DNA from: Chiloscyllium plagiosum
Lineage: Eukaryota
Reading direction: 5' to 3'
DNA: 64,000 nt
NCBI RefSeq assembly: GCF_004010195.1
Contig: NC_057719.1
Span: 38,558,401-38,622,400, forward strand
Shown: positions 51,645 through 63,820 of the stretch, in pieces
Numbering within the stretch: position 1 is the stretch's first letter
Layout: the number at the start of each line of letters is the position of its first letter
Made by a program: the position numbers and the translations under genes
The notes under the pieces: model-generated
Seen by the model: only the letters and a program-made list of their open reading frames with translations
The model's database searches: none
What the model was told of the DNA's origin: nothing

Positions 51645-52351
51645 TGGCTAGGCCCATCTCTAATTGCCCAGAGGATAATTAAGAGTCAACCACATTGCTG
51701 TGGGTCTGGAGTCACATGTAAGCCAGACCATAGGATGGAAGTCTCCTTCCTTAAAGGCAGCAGTGAACCAAATGAGAGCTTCATACAATCGGCAATGAAT
51801 TCATATAGTCATCATTAGACACTCAATTCCAGATTTTACTGAACTCAAATTCCATTATCTGCTATGGTGGAATTCAAACCTGGTCCCGAGAACATGACCT
51901 TGGTCTCTGCCTGATGAAGGACTTTTGCCCAAAACATCCATTTTCCTGCTCCTCAAATGCTGTCTGACCTGCTGTGCTTTTCCAGCACCACTTTAATCTT
52001 GACTCGGAATTAAAAGTCCAACAATAACACCACTAAGCCCAAAGTAGGAGCAAATTACTGCAGATGCTGGAATCTGTACAGAAAACAAAAAATACTGGAG
52101 ATCACAGTGGGTCAGGCAGCATCCATGGAGAGAAATTCTCATATTCTGATCTCTTCATCTGAACATCCTTTCTCCTCCAGCATTCCAACACCCTCCCCAC
52201 TACTGCATGAATGCTGTCCCCTTAACTCTTCATAAGAGCTGAAGTGTTATCTCGACTCAAATGCTAGCTTGCATTCTCTCCATAAATGCTGCCTGACCCG
52301 CTGTGATCTCTAGCATTTTTTGTTTTTAATACCACTAGGTCGTTACCTCCC
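51645..52351 (-). mobile_element. tRNA-derived SINE interrupted by two PLE insertions (51910-52005 and fold-back 52041-52327)
   Basis: Minus-strand tRNA-like head (A-box ...cctagtggtatt, B-box ggtttgaattcc); approximate duplication aacaccactaag / aataccactagg around the fold-back. Confidence 0.65.
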
Positions 52352-52589
52352 CTCAATGTATGACACGAAGGGTGTAATCATCCTGCGTAAGCCCCAGACA
52401 GTTGCTAGGGAGCAGGATGGAGTTACTGACTAGGGAGCATGGTTTGCAGCAGGCATCTAAGACCACGGCTTCAGACATTTTAATACTTATATGAAAGAAA
52501 TTTCAACTTATCCAGAACTGGATGTTGCATTGACAGTGTGGCAATGTTCTGAGATTAAGTCAGTCTACTTGCAACCTTGTGTTACTTCT

Positions 52590-53620
52590 GATGCTACTCT
52601 TTGCTTCAGGTGCCTTTCAAATTTGCTTATTTCTTTTTTTCCTAGCATTATCGGTTTTGCTTTATCCCCCCCCATGGATTCTTTTTCCGATCTTTTCCCA
52701 CGTCCAAACTAAATTAATCTCTCTGACTGCACGAGCAAACCTTCCTACAAGAATACTGATCCCAGTACTAAGATGTAACCCACTCTTCCTGGACAGGTCC
52801 CCACCTGTGCCAAAATCATTACTAATGTCTCTGAAATTTAAATCCCTCCTTCCTGAGCCATTTCTCCAGCTCCACATTCATTTGCTTTGCTTTCTTATTT
52901 CTGTACTCATTTTCATGTGGCAGTCAGAGTAATCATTTGATTACTACCTGTGAAGTCCTGCTTTTTAATCTCATTTCTAGCTCTCCAAAATCTGCTTTCT
53001 GGACCTCATCTGTCTTTCCAATTACATTATCGGTACAAAATATAACAAGTTCTTGCTGTTCACAGCCACCATAAATGTGTTCTGCAGCCACTCATCCTGG
53101 ACCCTGGCACATGCCATCCTGGAATCATAACTGTGGCCCAAGAAATGCCTAATTTTTAAATTATTAAATCCTGTATCATTACTGGACTTCCACTGTTCTT
53201 CCTTCCTCCTGTGCAGCTAACCCACATGTGGTGCCACAGATTTGGTTCTAGCTGCACTCCCCTGTGGAACCCCAAGCCAATATCAAGAGGGAAAAGTACT
53301 CAGTGAGCAGGATGGACTGATACAACTCCTGCCATTACCTGTCCAGTGCTCTTACATTGTCTGACTGCCACCAAATCCCTCTCTGGCTGCTGTCTCTTCA
53401 AATGAGATGTCACCACCTTCCTAATGTGCAATTCATGTCAATTTCACACTTGTGGATGCACAGTGGAGACTCCATCTATCATGTAAGTTCTGAAACCTGG
53501 AGCTCAAATTTCTGGAGCTTGTGAAACTTCTTGCACGTGCAGTCTTTTAGCAGAAAGCATCTATAACTTCTTATGGCATTGGTTGCATATTCCACAAAGC
53601 CAAAAAGTGTCCTGCCACAC
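52590..53620 (-). mobile_element. CR1 ORF1 (esterase-like) fragment
   Basis: ORF 52662..52877 ...SRKSGLHLSTGISILVGRFARAVREINL resembles the DGLHL motif of the CR1 ORF1 SGNH esterase. Confidence 0.6.
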
Positions 53621-53627
53621 TTTTATT

Positions 53628-54347
53628 TGTTATGGACTAGGCCAGACCACTCAAAACATTCTTAAGCAAAAGTTAAAAATCACAACACCAGGTTATAGTC
53701 CAACAGGTTTAATTGGAAGCACACTAGCTTTTGTAGCTTCATCAGGAGCGACGGTCAGAAAGCTTAGTGTGCTTCCAATTAAACCTGTTGGACTATAACC
53801 TGGTGTTGTGTGATTTTTTAACTTTGTACACCTCAGTCCAACACCAGCATCTCCAAATCATTCTTAAGCAGGCAACCTAGACCACAACTTGGCAATTTGT
53901 TTCAATAAGTGTATGGTGAAAATTATCCAGAGTAAGATAACTAGGTTGACTACTAGATTTTAAAAGAGACTAAAGTGTTTTCACAAAATTACACAATAAA
54001 ACACAAAGAACCCCTACAGAACTCAACCTATCCAACTAAACTAGGAGAGATGCCACACACCTCACTGTTGAACGCCCAACCAGTTCAGGACTGAATTAAG
54101 CTGCTCAGCTAAAGAGCTAACCACTCCCCTTTCATTATATAGGTCACTTCTAAAACATGACCACTTTGGCGTAAAGCGTCATCTGTTTACATATCAACAA
54201 AGGCCTCAAAGTCCTTTTCATTTTTGGACCAAACTAGACTGATGGGAGCCCGGCCTGGTTTATTACCCCTCTGGGAAAAAAAAAATCAAGAGCGGTGTAT
54301 CCTTCAGCCAAGAAACAGCGTCTGGAAAAAGGACTAACTTTGTGACA
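53628..54347. mobile_element. Solo LTR (related to 20593-21242) containing a fold-back PLE
   Basis: Termini tgttatgg...ttgtgaca; perfect 4-bp TSD tatt (53624-53627, 54348-54351). Confidence 0.82.
53669..53858. mobile_element. Fold-back PLE mini-element (same family as 8585-8883), 12-bp TSD
   Basis: Arms ~53669-53731 and ~53759-53825; TSD cattcttaagca (53657-53668, 53859-53870). Confidence 0.85.
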
Positions 54348-54677
54348 TATTTGACAAATTAATTATGACTTGGAAATGAGAAAGTAGAATCACTCACCAA
54401 ACAGCTCCTTTATCTGTGCTGCAGTCACTTTTTATTCCTGACATCCTGTATCCAACTCTGTCATTTCTCTGTTCCTGCTGGCTCCATTTTATACCCTATT
54501 CAACTCACTGCTTTCTGCTGCTTTCCAAATAGCTAATTACACTTGGGTTTTCTCTCCCCAACTTTATTTTATATCTTCAAACTCTATGCTGCTTTATGAG
54601 CTTCCTAGGTTTTCAATAACTTAGCACTGCTTTATGGCTGTTCTCTCTTTTTATACCAAACCAGTTTTCTCCAAAGT

Positions 54678-54885
54678 TACAAAAACAGTGTTGCAGATGT
54701 AGGAAATTGGGATGAGAAAAGAATAGTGGGAAAATTAGTAGATGTGGCTGTATCTGTGGAGAGAAAAACATAACTACATTTGAGATTTGTCTCTGATGAA
54801 AGGTCAGTGCTGAAATGCTCACTTTGTTTCTCTCCACAGTTGCTAACAGGCCTGCTGAGGCATTCCAACATTGTCTGCTTTAATT
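54678..54885. mobile_element. Old fold-back PLE remnant
   Basis: Inverted ctgtggagagaaa / tttctctccacag around ctgatgaaaggtcagtgctgaaatg. Confidence 0.55.
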
Positions 54886-55589
54886 GAATCATTGCCAAAT
54901 AAGTGCAGATTTTGAGACTCAAACTAACTTCCAACTAAAACGACGCAAAAAAGAGTATCCCTACCCTTGGTTTAACAAATCACATCCTAGCACAATATAG
55001 AAGGCTTTTCAGCACATCAAGTTTGCAGTAGTTCTTTAAAACATGATCCACTTGGTTCACTCAACTGTATTTTTTTCTCCAAGCATTTATCCAATTTCCC
55101 TTTGAAGATGACTATTGAATCATTATTCACCACCCATCAATTGTCCGCCTGAAATCTGAATAACTTGCTCCTTTAAAAGTTCTTCCATTTGTCACATCTG
55201 AAAAGTCTGATGTGCCACATAGTTAAGACAAAAAAAAAATCCATTTTTTAGATTATGCAATTTCAGGTTGGGTGATGATACCCAATTCAAGGTACACTTA
55301 CAAATTCACAGGGAAGCTATAAATATAAAAATTTGAAGTAGTTTAGTGCACCAAAGCAGCAACTTTGCACATTTCATTCTTAAAGTCACTAAAATCTTTG
55401 TGCTTGGAATCGTGATCATTTTGAAATTCCTCAAATAACTTACACGAAGGGAACAGTAACCAATTCTATTTCTAATATTTCTCATAGCCTTCTGCCTACA
55501 TAACTAATTGCTTGGTATGAAGGGGACGCAGCTATGTTTGGCAAATTAATCAACATAATAAAAACCAAGACCACAGAACAGAGACCCAT

Positions 55590-56248
55590 AGGAGCTCAGG
55601 TACACAGTTCCCTGAAAGATTCATCACAGGTAGACAAGAGTGGTAAAGGCGGCATTTGGCACACTTGTCTTTATTGCTCAAACTACTGAGTATAGGAATG
55701 GGATGTCATGTTGCGGTCATTCGGGAAGTTGGTGAGGCCACTTTTGATGTACTGCATACAGTTCTGGCTACCCTGTTCTAGGAAGGATATTAGTAAAATT
55801 GGATGCGTGCATAAAAGATTTACAAGGACGTTACTGACACTGAATGGTTTAGAGTCATAAGGAGAGGCTGGATAAACTGGAACCTTCTCAACCGAACGTA
55901 GGAGGTTGAGGGGTGACCTTACAGAGGTTTATAAAATAGTGAGAGACATAGATAAGATAAATAACAAAGATCTTTTCCCTAGATTTGGGGAGTTCAAAAC
56001 TTACGAGGAGAAAGATTTAAAAAGGGACCTGAATGGTACTTTTATTTTTACAGAGAGGCTGTACAGGAAAGAATGTTAGAAGTAGTAAATGCAAGTACAG
56101 TTACAAAATTTAAAAGACAGGTATATGAATAGGAACTGTTGAGGGTTATGGGCCAAACACAGGCAGGTGGGACTGGCTGAGGTGGAAAAACTGGCCAGTG
56201 TGGACAAGTTGGACCAAAGATAGGTTTCTGTGCTATATGACTCTACGA
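55590..56248 (+). mobile_element. CR1 LINE 3' portion
   Basis: Same family as 9405-9997; tail tatgactcta. Confidence 0.8.
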
Positions 56249-57304
56249 CCAGTCACAAGGTTCTCAGCTCCAGAACATTTGTTTCCTCTTAAAATTAAAA
56301 TTAGCCATAAATTCCATCAAAGTCTAATTTTAGAAAACTAGAATGGAACTAGATGCTTTTGAAAATAGAAATAGTGACTCAATGAATTCATCCAACAAGA
56401 ATAAAGAAATAAGAATGAAGAACAACCAATAATCTTAACCTTTCACTCTGCCACCTCCCACCATATTCCATGCTTTGACTGCTGCATGAGTTTCAAATCA
56501 TTTTTTGTTAAATTATTCAACCAATAAGTTATTGCTCGAACCATTCATTTGAAGCTAACTAAACTTTAAACTAGGCCAAACAATTCAAGCCTGGCTATCC
56601 AGTGGTAGCACCAACCCATGACTACTTTGCAAACTTTATCCATTTCACAATGCTTGATTTATTTTGTACTGAGTCACAAAGTACACAACAGCCTTCATTT
56701 CGGACAGTATAATAAAGCCAACACCATTTAGTATCGTGAACATTACATACAGACTTGCTGTTAATTTTCCCTTACAAGTAGTTTTACCAGAGCCATCAGA
56801 CCCTGTGCCTTTCATATAAATAATCATAATTTATGATCAAAGCACCTAAAAGATTAAATAAATAAAAGTTCAAAGCTTTGATGTTGCTAAGAATTTATTT
56901 GTATGCTGGCACAGCATCAAATTATACAGCTGTCAGCTTTAGTCTTGTTTAATATCGGACAATAATAAAGCGTCATACAACTTGGCAACAAATAAATATT
57001 ATTTGTTATCCAAATGAAAATTGCACTTGTGGAAAGTCATTCCAATTTGAGTTACAGCCACAAAGAAACTTGAATCTTAGAAAATACCATACATTCTGAA
57101 TGCTGTAATCACAATGAGCTAAGATGCTCTTAATGGGAGGATAAAAATGAACAACTTTTAATAAGGACAGTATTGCTTATGGATCTCAAAAGGGATAATT
57201 ACTGATTGTACCATTCACTGTGGTGTCATGCAAATCTGGGCTGAGTGTAACAAAGGATCTTGACCAGCAGACAAGAACAGGTTCTCCTAATAGTCTCTGT
57301 AATT

Positions 57305-57506
57305 TTTTTAGATTACATTACAATGTGGAAACAGGCCCTTCGGTCCAACAAGTCCACACCGACCCGCCAAAGCGAACCCACCCATACCCCTACATTTACC
57401 CCTAACCTAACACTACGGGCAATTTAGTATGGCCAATTCTCTTTGGACTGTGGGAGGAAACCGGAGCACCCGGAGGAAACCCACACAGACACGGGGAGAA
57501 CGTGCA
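57305..57506 (-). mobile_element. 5'-truncated V-SINE (HE1-like)
   Basis: Reverse complement of the V domain (ggaggaaaccggagcacccggaggaaacccac...ggggagaacgtgca) plus CR1-like tail. Confidence 0.8.
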
Positions 57507-58729
57507 TAATGTACACAATACCCCTGCAACATGTAAATGGTTGCAAAGATGCAATAAACATTTTTATTTCAAAATACTCTTTCAGTTAGACCTGAAGATG
57601 AACTGATCCACACTAGACCATTCTTGTTCTGAAGAAACATATCTAGAAGATATTGGTGATAGCAGGCATACAATAAATTCGACTGGTAGCACAAGTACAG
57701 GATTCTTTATAAAGTCAGATGCATTTAAAATGAAATCATCTACTTACAATTAAGCTGTATGACAATTTAGGCAAAGGCTTAGTAAAATAATTTCACACTG
57801 AAATTAAAACTTTTACACACTGTTGTATCATCTAGCTGTTCAAAAACAAGTCACTGAATTAACTGCAAGCACACTAAAGTTTTGTTTTAAAAGGAGATCT
57901 CTCTGCAGCTGAATTTTATTAAAGGCATCGAAAATATAATTTCAGAATAGATATCCAATGGGCAAGGACCCATTAAATTATAATAAACAGGTTAATATTT
58001 AATTAGGGAACAACATTAATGCTTCTTACTTGAAAACCAATATGAAACCAAACCGAGCCAGGAAAACCTGAATTTTACCAACAGGTAGAGATATAAAAAG
58101 ACTGCTTCAGACCAGTCCTTGCAAGCTGAATTTCAATTTTCACTATCATAAACTTAACATCTGATAGCAGTACTTAATTTTTACAATTTTTTTATATGAC
58201 AGCTTGACAGGAAGCACCTCTTGCCTCTCCCAAGTATCCTCCTGCATTGTTCTTATATCCACTCTGTCTCCAAGATTCTCTTACCTTATCTCTGAAACTT
58301 CAATCATTGAAGCCCCTTTCCCACGCTTTATTTCCACATCACAACAAAATGAAGCACATTAGAGTAGTAGGTTATTCCACATTCAGCAGTCAAAATCCAA
58401 TCCCTTCAATGCCTCATGGATTCCAACACCAATCTTATTTTGAATCCTATATTAAATCCTCAACTACAATGAATCTCAAAGGAAATGACAATGGAGATAA
58501 AACAAGAACTAGCAATGTTGGAGATGGTTAAAAAGGAAATGGGGAAAATTGCAAATACTAGACAGCTAGAATTAGAAACAGAAAATAGAAATATATAGGC
58601 GTTCATAACTGAAACAGAAAAGATATGCTAACATTTCTGGTGAATCTTCAGTCAGAACAAAATAAAATAGGAAAGCAAGCTCTCTAATGGGGTTCAACAA
58701 AACAATGACACAAGCTTCTACATTTATGT

Positions 58730-61420
58730 TTTTATTCATGACATGTGCACATTGTTTGCTGGGTCATCACTTATTGTTCATTCCTAGATGCCACTGAGGT
58801 GGTGGTGGTGGTGATGATGAATTGCCTTCTTGAATCACTGCAGTCTATTTGGAGTAAGTAGACCCACAATATTGTCAGGAAGGGAATTTAAGGATTTTGA
58901 CACCAACACTTAAGGAACAGAACGTACTTCTGAATCAGGAAGATGAGTGGCTTAGAATGGGAACTTACAGGTGATGGAGTTTCCATGTATATGCTGCCTA
59001 TGTCCTTTTAAATCGGTAATAGTTGTTCGCATGGAAAGTGCATCCTATAAAGAGTGCACACTACTGTGACTGAGTGATACTGGTAGAGGGGGTGAATCTT
59101 TGGGATGAGGTGCCATTCAAACTTTGTCCTGGATGATATGAGCTTAGATTATAGTTGGAACTGCATTCATCCAGGCAAGTGGGGAGCACTCCCTCACATT
59201 CTGATTTGTTCCTTGTAGATGGCAGACAGGCTGAGAGTCAGATGGTAAGTTACTTGCTAGCTTTTGACTAGTTCTTATAGCCACAGTACTTATATTGCTA
59301 TTGATAATATGATGCATTGAAATGTTATGGAGCAATGGTTAGATTCTCTCATGTTAGATTGAGCATGTCAAAAGTGACTTATCAGTCCAGATCTTATTGC
59401 ATTTGGACACAGGATGCTTCAGTATCTGAAATCATTAAGTGGTGCTGAACATTGAGCAAACATCCCTCACTCTAATGTTACGATGGAAGAAAGGTCACTG
59501 ATGAAGCAGCTGAAGAGGATGGTTTCCAGGATACTGCAGAAACATCAACAGTGCCATATAGGGCTCTTGTGGTCCAGTGGTCATGTCCCTACCTCTGCAC
59601 CAGGAGGCCCAAGTTCAAGTCCCTCCTGTTTCAAGAGGCATGTAATAACATCTCTGAACAGTTGATTAGAATACATCAACCCTGAGGAGTTCATGCAGAG
59701 ATGACTTGCAGCAAAGTTGACTGATCTTTAACAATCCCATAACTATCTTCATTTGTGCCAGGCGTGGCTCCCACCACCAATCCCCATTGACCTCAGTTTT
59801 ACTACAGTTCCTCGATACCATATGTTATGAAGGTGGAGAAGCGTACTTTACCTTTAAGAGAATTAAAAGCTTGCTGAACTACCTGACAGCATCAAGTGTT
59901 CTGAACAAGATACATTGTCACCTGTTAATCCAGCAGCTGTAGTAGCTGGTTGCCTGGAGACAAAAACAAATTTGAATTAGGCCAGTTTAAATTATACCCT
60001 AAAAAAAACAAATTCAATCAAGTTTGAATTTAGTATACTGACAATCTGATGCTTTGGAGGCATAGGACCAGGAAAACCTCAACAGCTGAGGAGAACTGCC
60101 GAAGACCAACAGAAGTAGGCTGCTAGGCAGAACTCTGAGAGGTACCTGTCTAGAGAAGGAGTTTGCACAGAGTAAAAACATCAACACTGACCTGGAGAGA
60201 AAATCTACAGAGAAAGATATAAAAGAGAAGATTTGACAGCTGGCAGATTTTCAAATTTGGATTTTTCTGTAAATCTTAATCGTGGGTTTTATCAGACTAG
60301 TATTATAGAAGAGCAAGTAAAAGATAGGTTGGAGAATGTAAATAGTTGGAGTTGTAAATAGTTGTTAGTTAATTATTCACTGTTATAGTTTAAGAAATAA
60401 AGTTGTTAATTTTTACTTTAATTAGTTCTTGGCCTCTTGAATTTTCACAGATTACTGCACGGGATAAATCTTTTCTGTGTTGCTGGTTTAAATTAAGCAG
60501 ATGGATTTATCCCATGTCATAACGCATATTTGGTCAAATGCTGCCTTGATGTTAACAGCAGTTGCTCTCATCTCATCTCTAGATTTCAGCTCTTTTCTCC
60601 AAGTTTGAACCAAGCCTATGAGGTCAGAATCTGAGTGGCCCTGGTGGAACCAAAACAGAACATCAGTTGGCAGATTTGCTTTACTAGGACTGCAGTGAGG
60701 ACTGCAGATGCTGGAGTTGAGAGTCGAGAATGTGGTGCTGGAAAAGCACAACAGGTCAGGCAGCATCTGAGAAGCAAGAGCATCGACATTTCAGGTAAAA
60801 GCCCTTCACAAATAATGAGGTTTTGTTTTACTGCTGATCGAGTGTAGAGTGTTGGGCAGTAATTGGTTGGGTTGCATTTGTCCTGCTTTTCACATAGCAA
60901 TTGTCAGGTAGATGCCAGTAATATGGCTGTAGTGGGGTAGCTTGACTAGGGGTACGGCAAGTTGTGGAGTACATACTTTCAGTACGATTGCTGATATGTT
61001 GGCATGACCCATAGCATTTACAGCATCCAGTACCAGCCATTTCCTAATATCATATGGAGTGAATCAAATTGGCTGGCGACGAGCATGTGATTCTGGAGAC
61101 CTCTGGAGGAGGCAGAGGACAGATCTCCTACTTGGCATTTCTGGTCAAAAATTGCTACAAATTCTTCAGCCTCACCATTTGCACTGATGTACTGGGCTCT
61201 CCTATCATTGAAAGGTGGATATCTGGGAATCTCCTTCTCCAGCAAGTTAAATTATCCACTATAATTCACGACTGAGTTTTGCAGGGCCACAGAGCTTAGA
61301 TCTGATCTGTGGGTTGTGGAATTACTGAGCTCTATCACTTGCTGCTTGTGTTGTTTGTACGCAAGTAGTTCTGATTTGCAGCTTCACCAAATTGACACCT
61401 TTTTAGGTGTGCCTGGTGCT
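58730..61420 (-). mobile_element. Old L2/CR1-clade LINE hosting a SINE (59560), a solo LTR (59823) and a PLE pLTR (60690-60812)
   Basis: ORF remnants VRECSPLAWMNA, AVNIKAAFD and KQDKCNPTNYCP. Confidence 0.65.
59823..60524 (+). mobile_element. Solo LTR (Gypsy-like), 702 bp
   Basis: Termini tgttatga...tcataacg (last base mutated); perfect TSD cata (59819-59822, 60525-60528); AATAAA near 60396. Confidence 0.82.
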
Positions 61421-63820
61421 TGTACGTACAAAGTATTCTGTGCCAGCACAGAAACTTCCATGTAATGAAAGCCAGCCCTGTTCAGCTAGGAGAAAACAAA
61501 ATAATGAGCTTCTTTTTCTTAAAAATATGCAGAACTGACGCTTGTTACAGGTTGCAACTTGCCACAGTTTACTTCAAAACAAAATTGATGTGCCTCCACA
61601 TATTGAACAGTGTTCTTTAAATTTCTGTAACAATTTAGAGCTGTAGCCACATCATAGGAATAGTTTTCCAAATCCATAACCAGTGAGGAACTATCCCTGT
61701 AAGCAATATAAACCATGTCAGTCATGACTTCCATCTGAATTTCCCACTTGCACTGCCAGCATCCACCATCAGAGATGAATGTCTAGGTTAAAACACCTAG
61801 ACTTAAAAAGTTTATTATAAAGACAGTTTTCACATTGTAGCCTATTAGTGTAATGTATAATTCCAGTCAATCATCCAAATAGCACACTTTCAGCTTTAGC
61901 ATAAACAGCCCGGATATTTCCAGGATTGGCAATCACATTGGTCAAACCATGCTCCCTTTCACAGTAGTTATTTGTTGCATTCTGAAAATCAAATAACCAG
62001 CAGCACAGTGACTCTGACAACTGCTGAGAGGCTAAGCATGTAAGCCAAGTGGGACAGGTGTCAGGTGGTTAGGATGTCTGGCCAGTGATGAAGTACTCAG
62101 GGTGTGGATGTCAGATCAAGACTTCTGGTCAATCCAAATGAACATGGGTCAGCTCTAGAATGGACTTAATTTGGTCCTCAGATCTGTAAGCACTCCTACG
62201 ACGCTTTTTCTAAATGCAATTTGTCTCATGCTCTCAAACATTGAAAACTTGAATACAACATACTGTAAACTGAAAAATATACAGGCTATTAAGTATTGAA
62301 TGAATAATGTTCAGCATTTTAAATAGAAATTATTAGCAAGCATACCCAAGCAGTAATATCACATTAAGTGGAAAAGAACATTAAATTAGGCATAAAACAG
62401 AAAGTACTGGAATACTTCAGTAAGTTTAGTGCCATCTGCTGAGAGAACAGAGTTAAGATTGAGCCAAATAGGATTCTTCTGAACTAAATGCAGGTGGAAA
62501 TGTGGGGCTGGGAGAATGAAGGAGCTGGGAATGAAGGGAAGCTATGGGATGGATTAGAGTGCATAAAGATTAAATGACAATGTTGTGGAACAAAAGGCAA
62601 AAAGAGTGGTCATGGTTGTAGTAAAGAAACAAAATGCAAATGTGAATGGCGGAATAGAACATCTCTACCCAAAAGCAAATTTAAAAATGAAACACAGGAT
62701 TCAGACAAAAAAAAAATCAAAATGGGGAAGCGCTCATGCTCCACAACTGCTGAACTCAATGCTGAGTCTGGAAGGCTGTAAATTGCCTTAAGAGAAGATG
62801 GAGGTGCTATTTCTCAAGCTTGCTCAAGCTGCTTCATGACCTCAGTTTGAGAGGTCACAAGGTTACTAAAGGTCATGGGAAACCCCACTCATGCTTAAGT
62901 TTTAGGGCAAAGTAAACTTATAAGTTGGGCAAGCATTTTTAAAAATAAACTAACAGTTTTCTTAACCAGAACAAGACAAGAATCCTTCATACTTCAGAAT
63001 TTGTGTTGTGACAGTTTAACTGAAAATGGTTTTGTAATGTCCAACTGTTATAAGTAAACAACATATAAAAAAGTCAGTAATTTAGTCCCAAAGACCTAAC
63101 TACTATAAGAAAAATGACAAACTACCCTGTAATCCTTTATTCAGCACAAGACCAATCTCAACCACGTAGACAGTCAAATTGAGTTGTGAAGTGGATGTTG
63201 ATCATTTCATTTGAAAACTTACCAACAATTAACAAGTATTAATGAACGAACACCAATCCTCACCACTGACATAGGGCTTGCTCAGACTACTATATGTAAC
63301 ACTGATGAGAGCAAGAGCCCAAGATTTAAACAAGTTAAACGTGACCTTATAATCAATTATTGAAAGCTGCCATACACTAAACAGTTTAGTGCCCGAGGTT
63401 AGCTTTGGTAACAGTTAATCAAATCAAAATGAGCAACATAAAGTTATTATTTCATAGAATTTCCTTCATGTTAAATTGGCTAATTTAAAGTCATTTTGCT
63501 TAAATATGCCTTCTTCTTGATATGTTCAAAGCTGAATATAAAACTAATTCCATCTCTCAAATGATCACTTTTACCTTTGTTTTTCTTAACAAAAGGAAAA
63601 GAAAACTATGCACTCTTGAAACATCTTTTAGAAAAAGGAGTAAGCTTTAACAAGTTGGAAGAGGCTCCTGAATTTGTGAACTAAAACAGCACAGTCAATG
63701 TTATTTTGTCTGCATTCATAAATTCTAGCCCAAGTCACATCAGATTTGTTTGCGACCTAGTAAGCATAACCAATACGAATTGAGTGAAAGAGGAATAACT
63801 AAGACAGACAACAATAAAAT

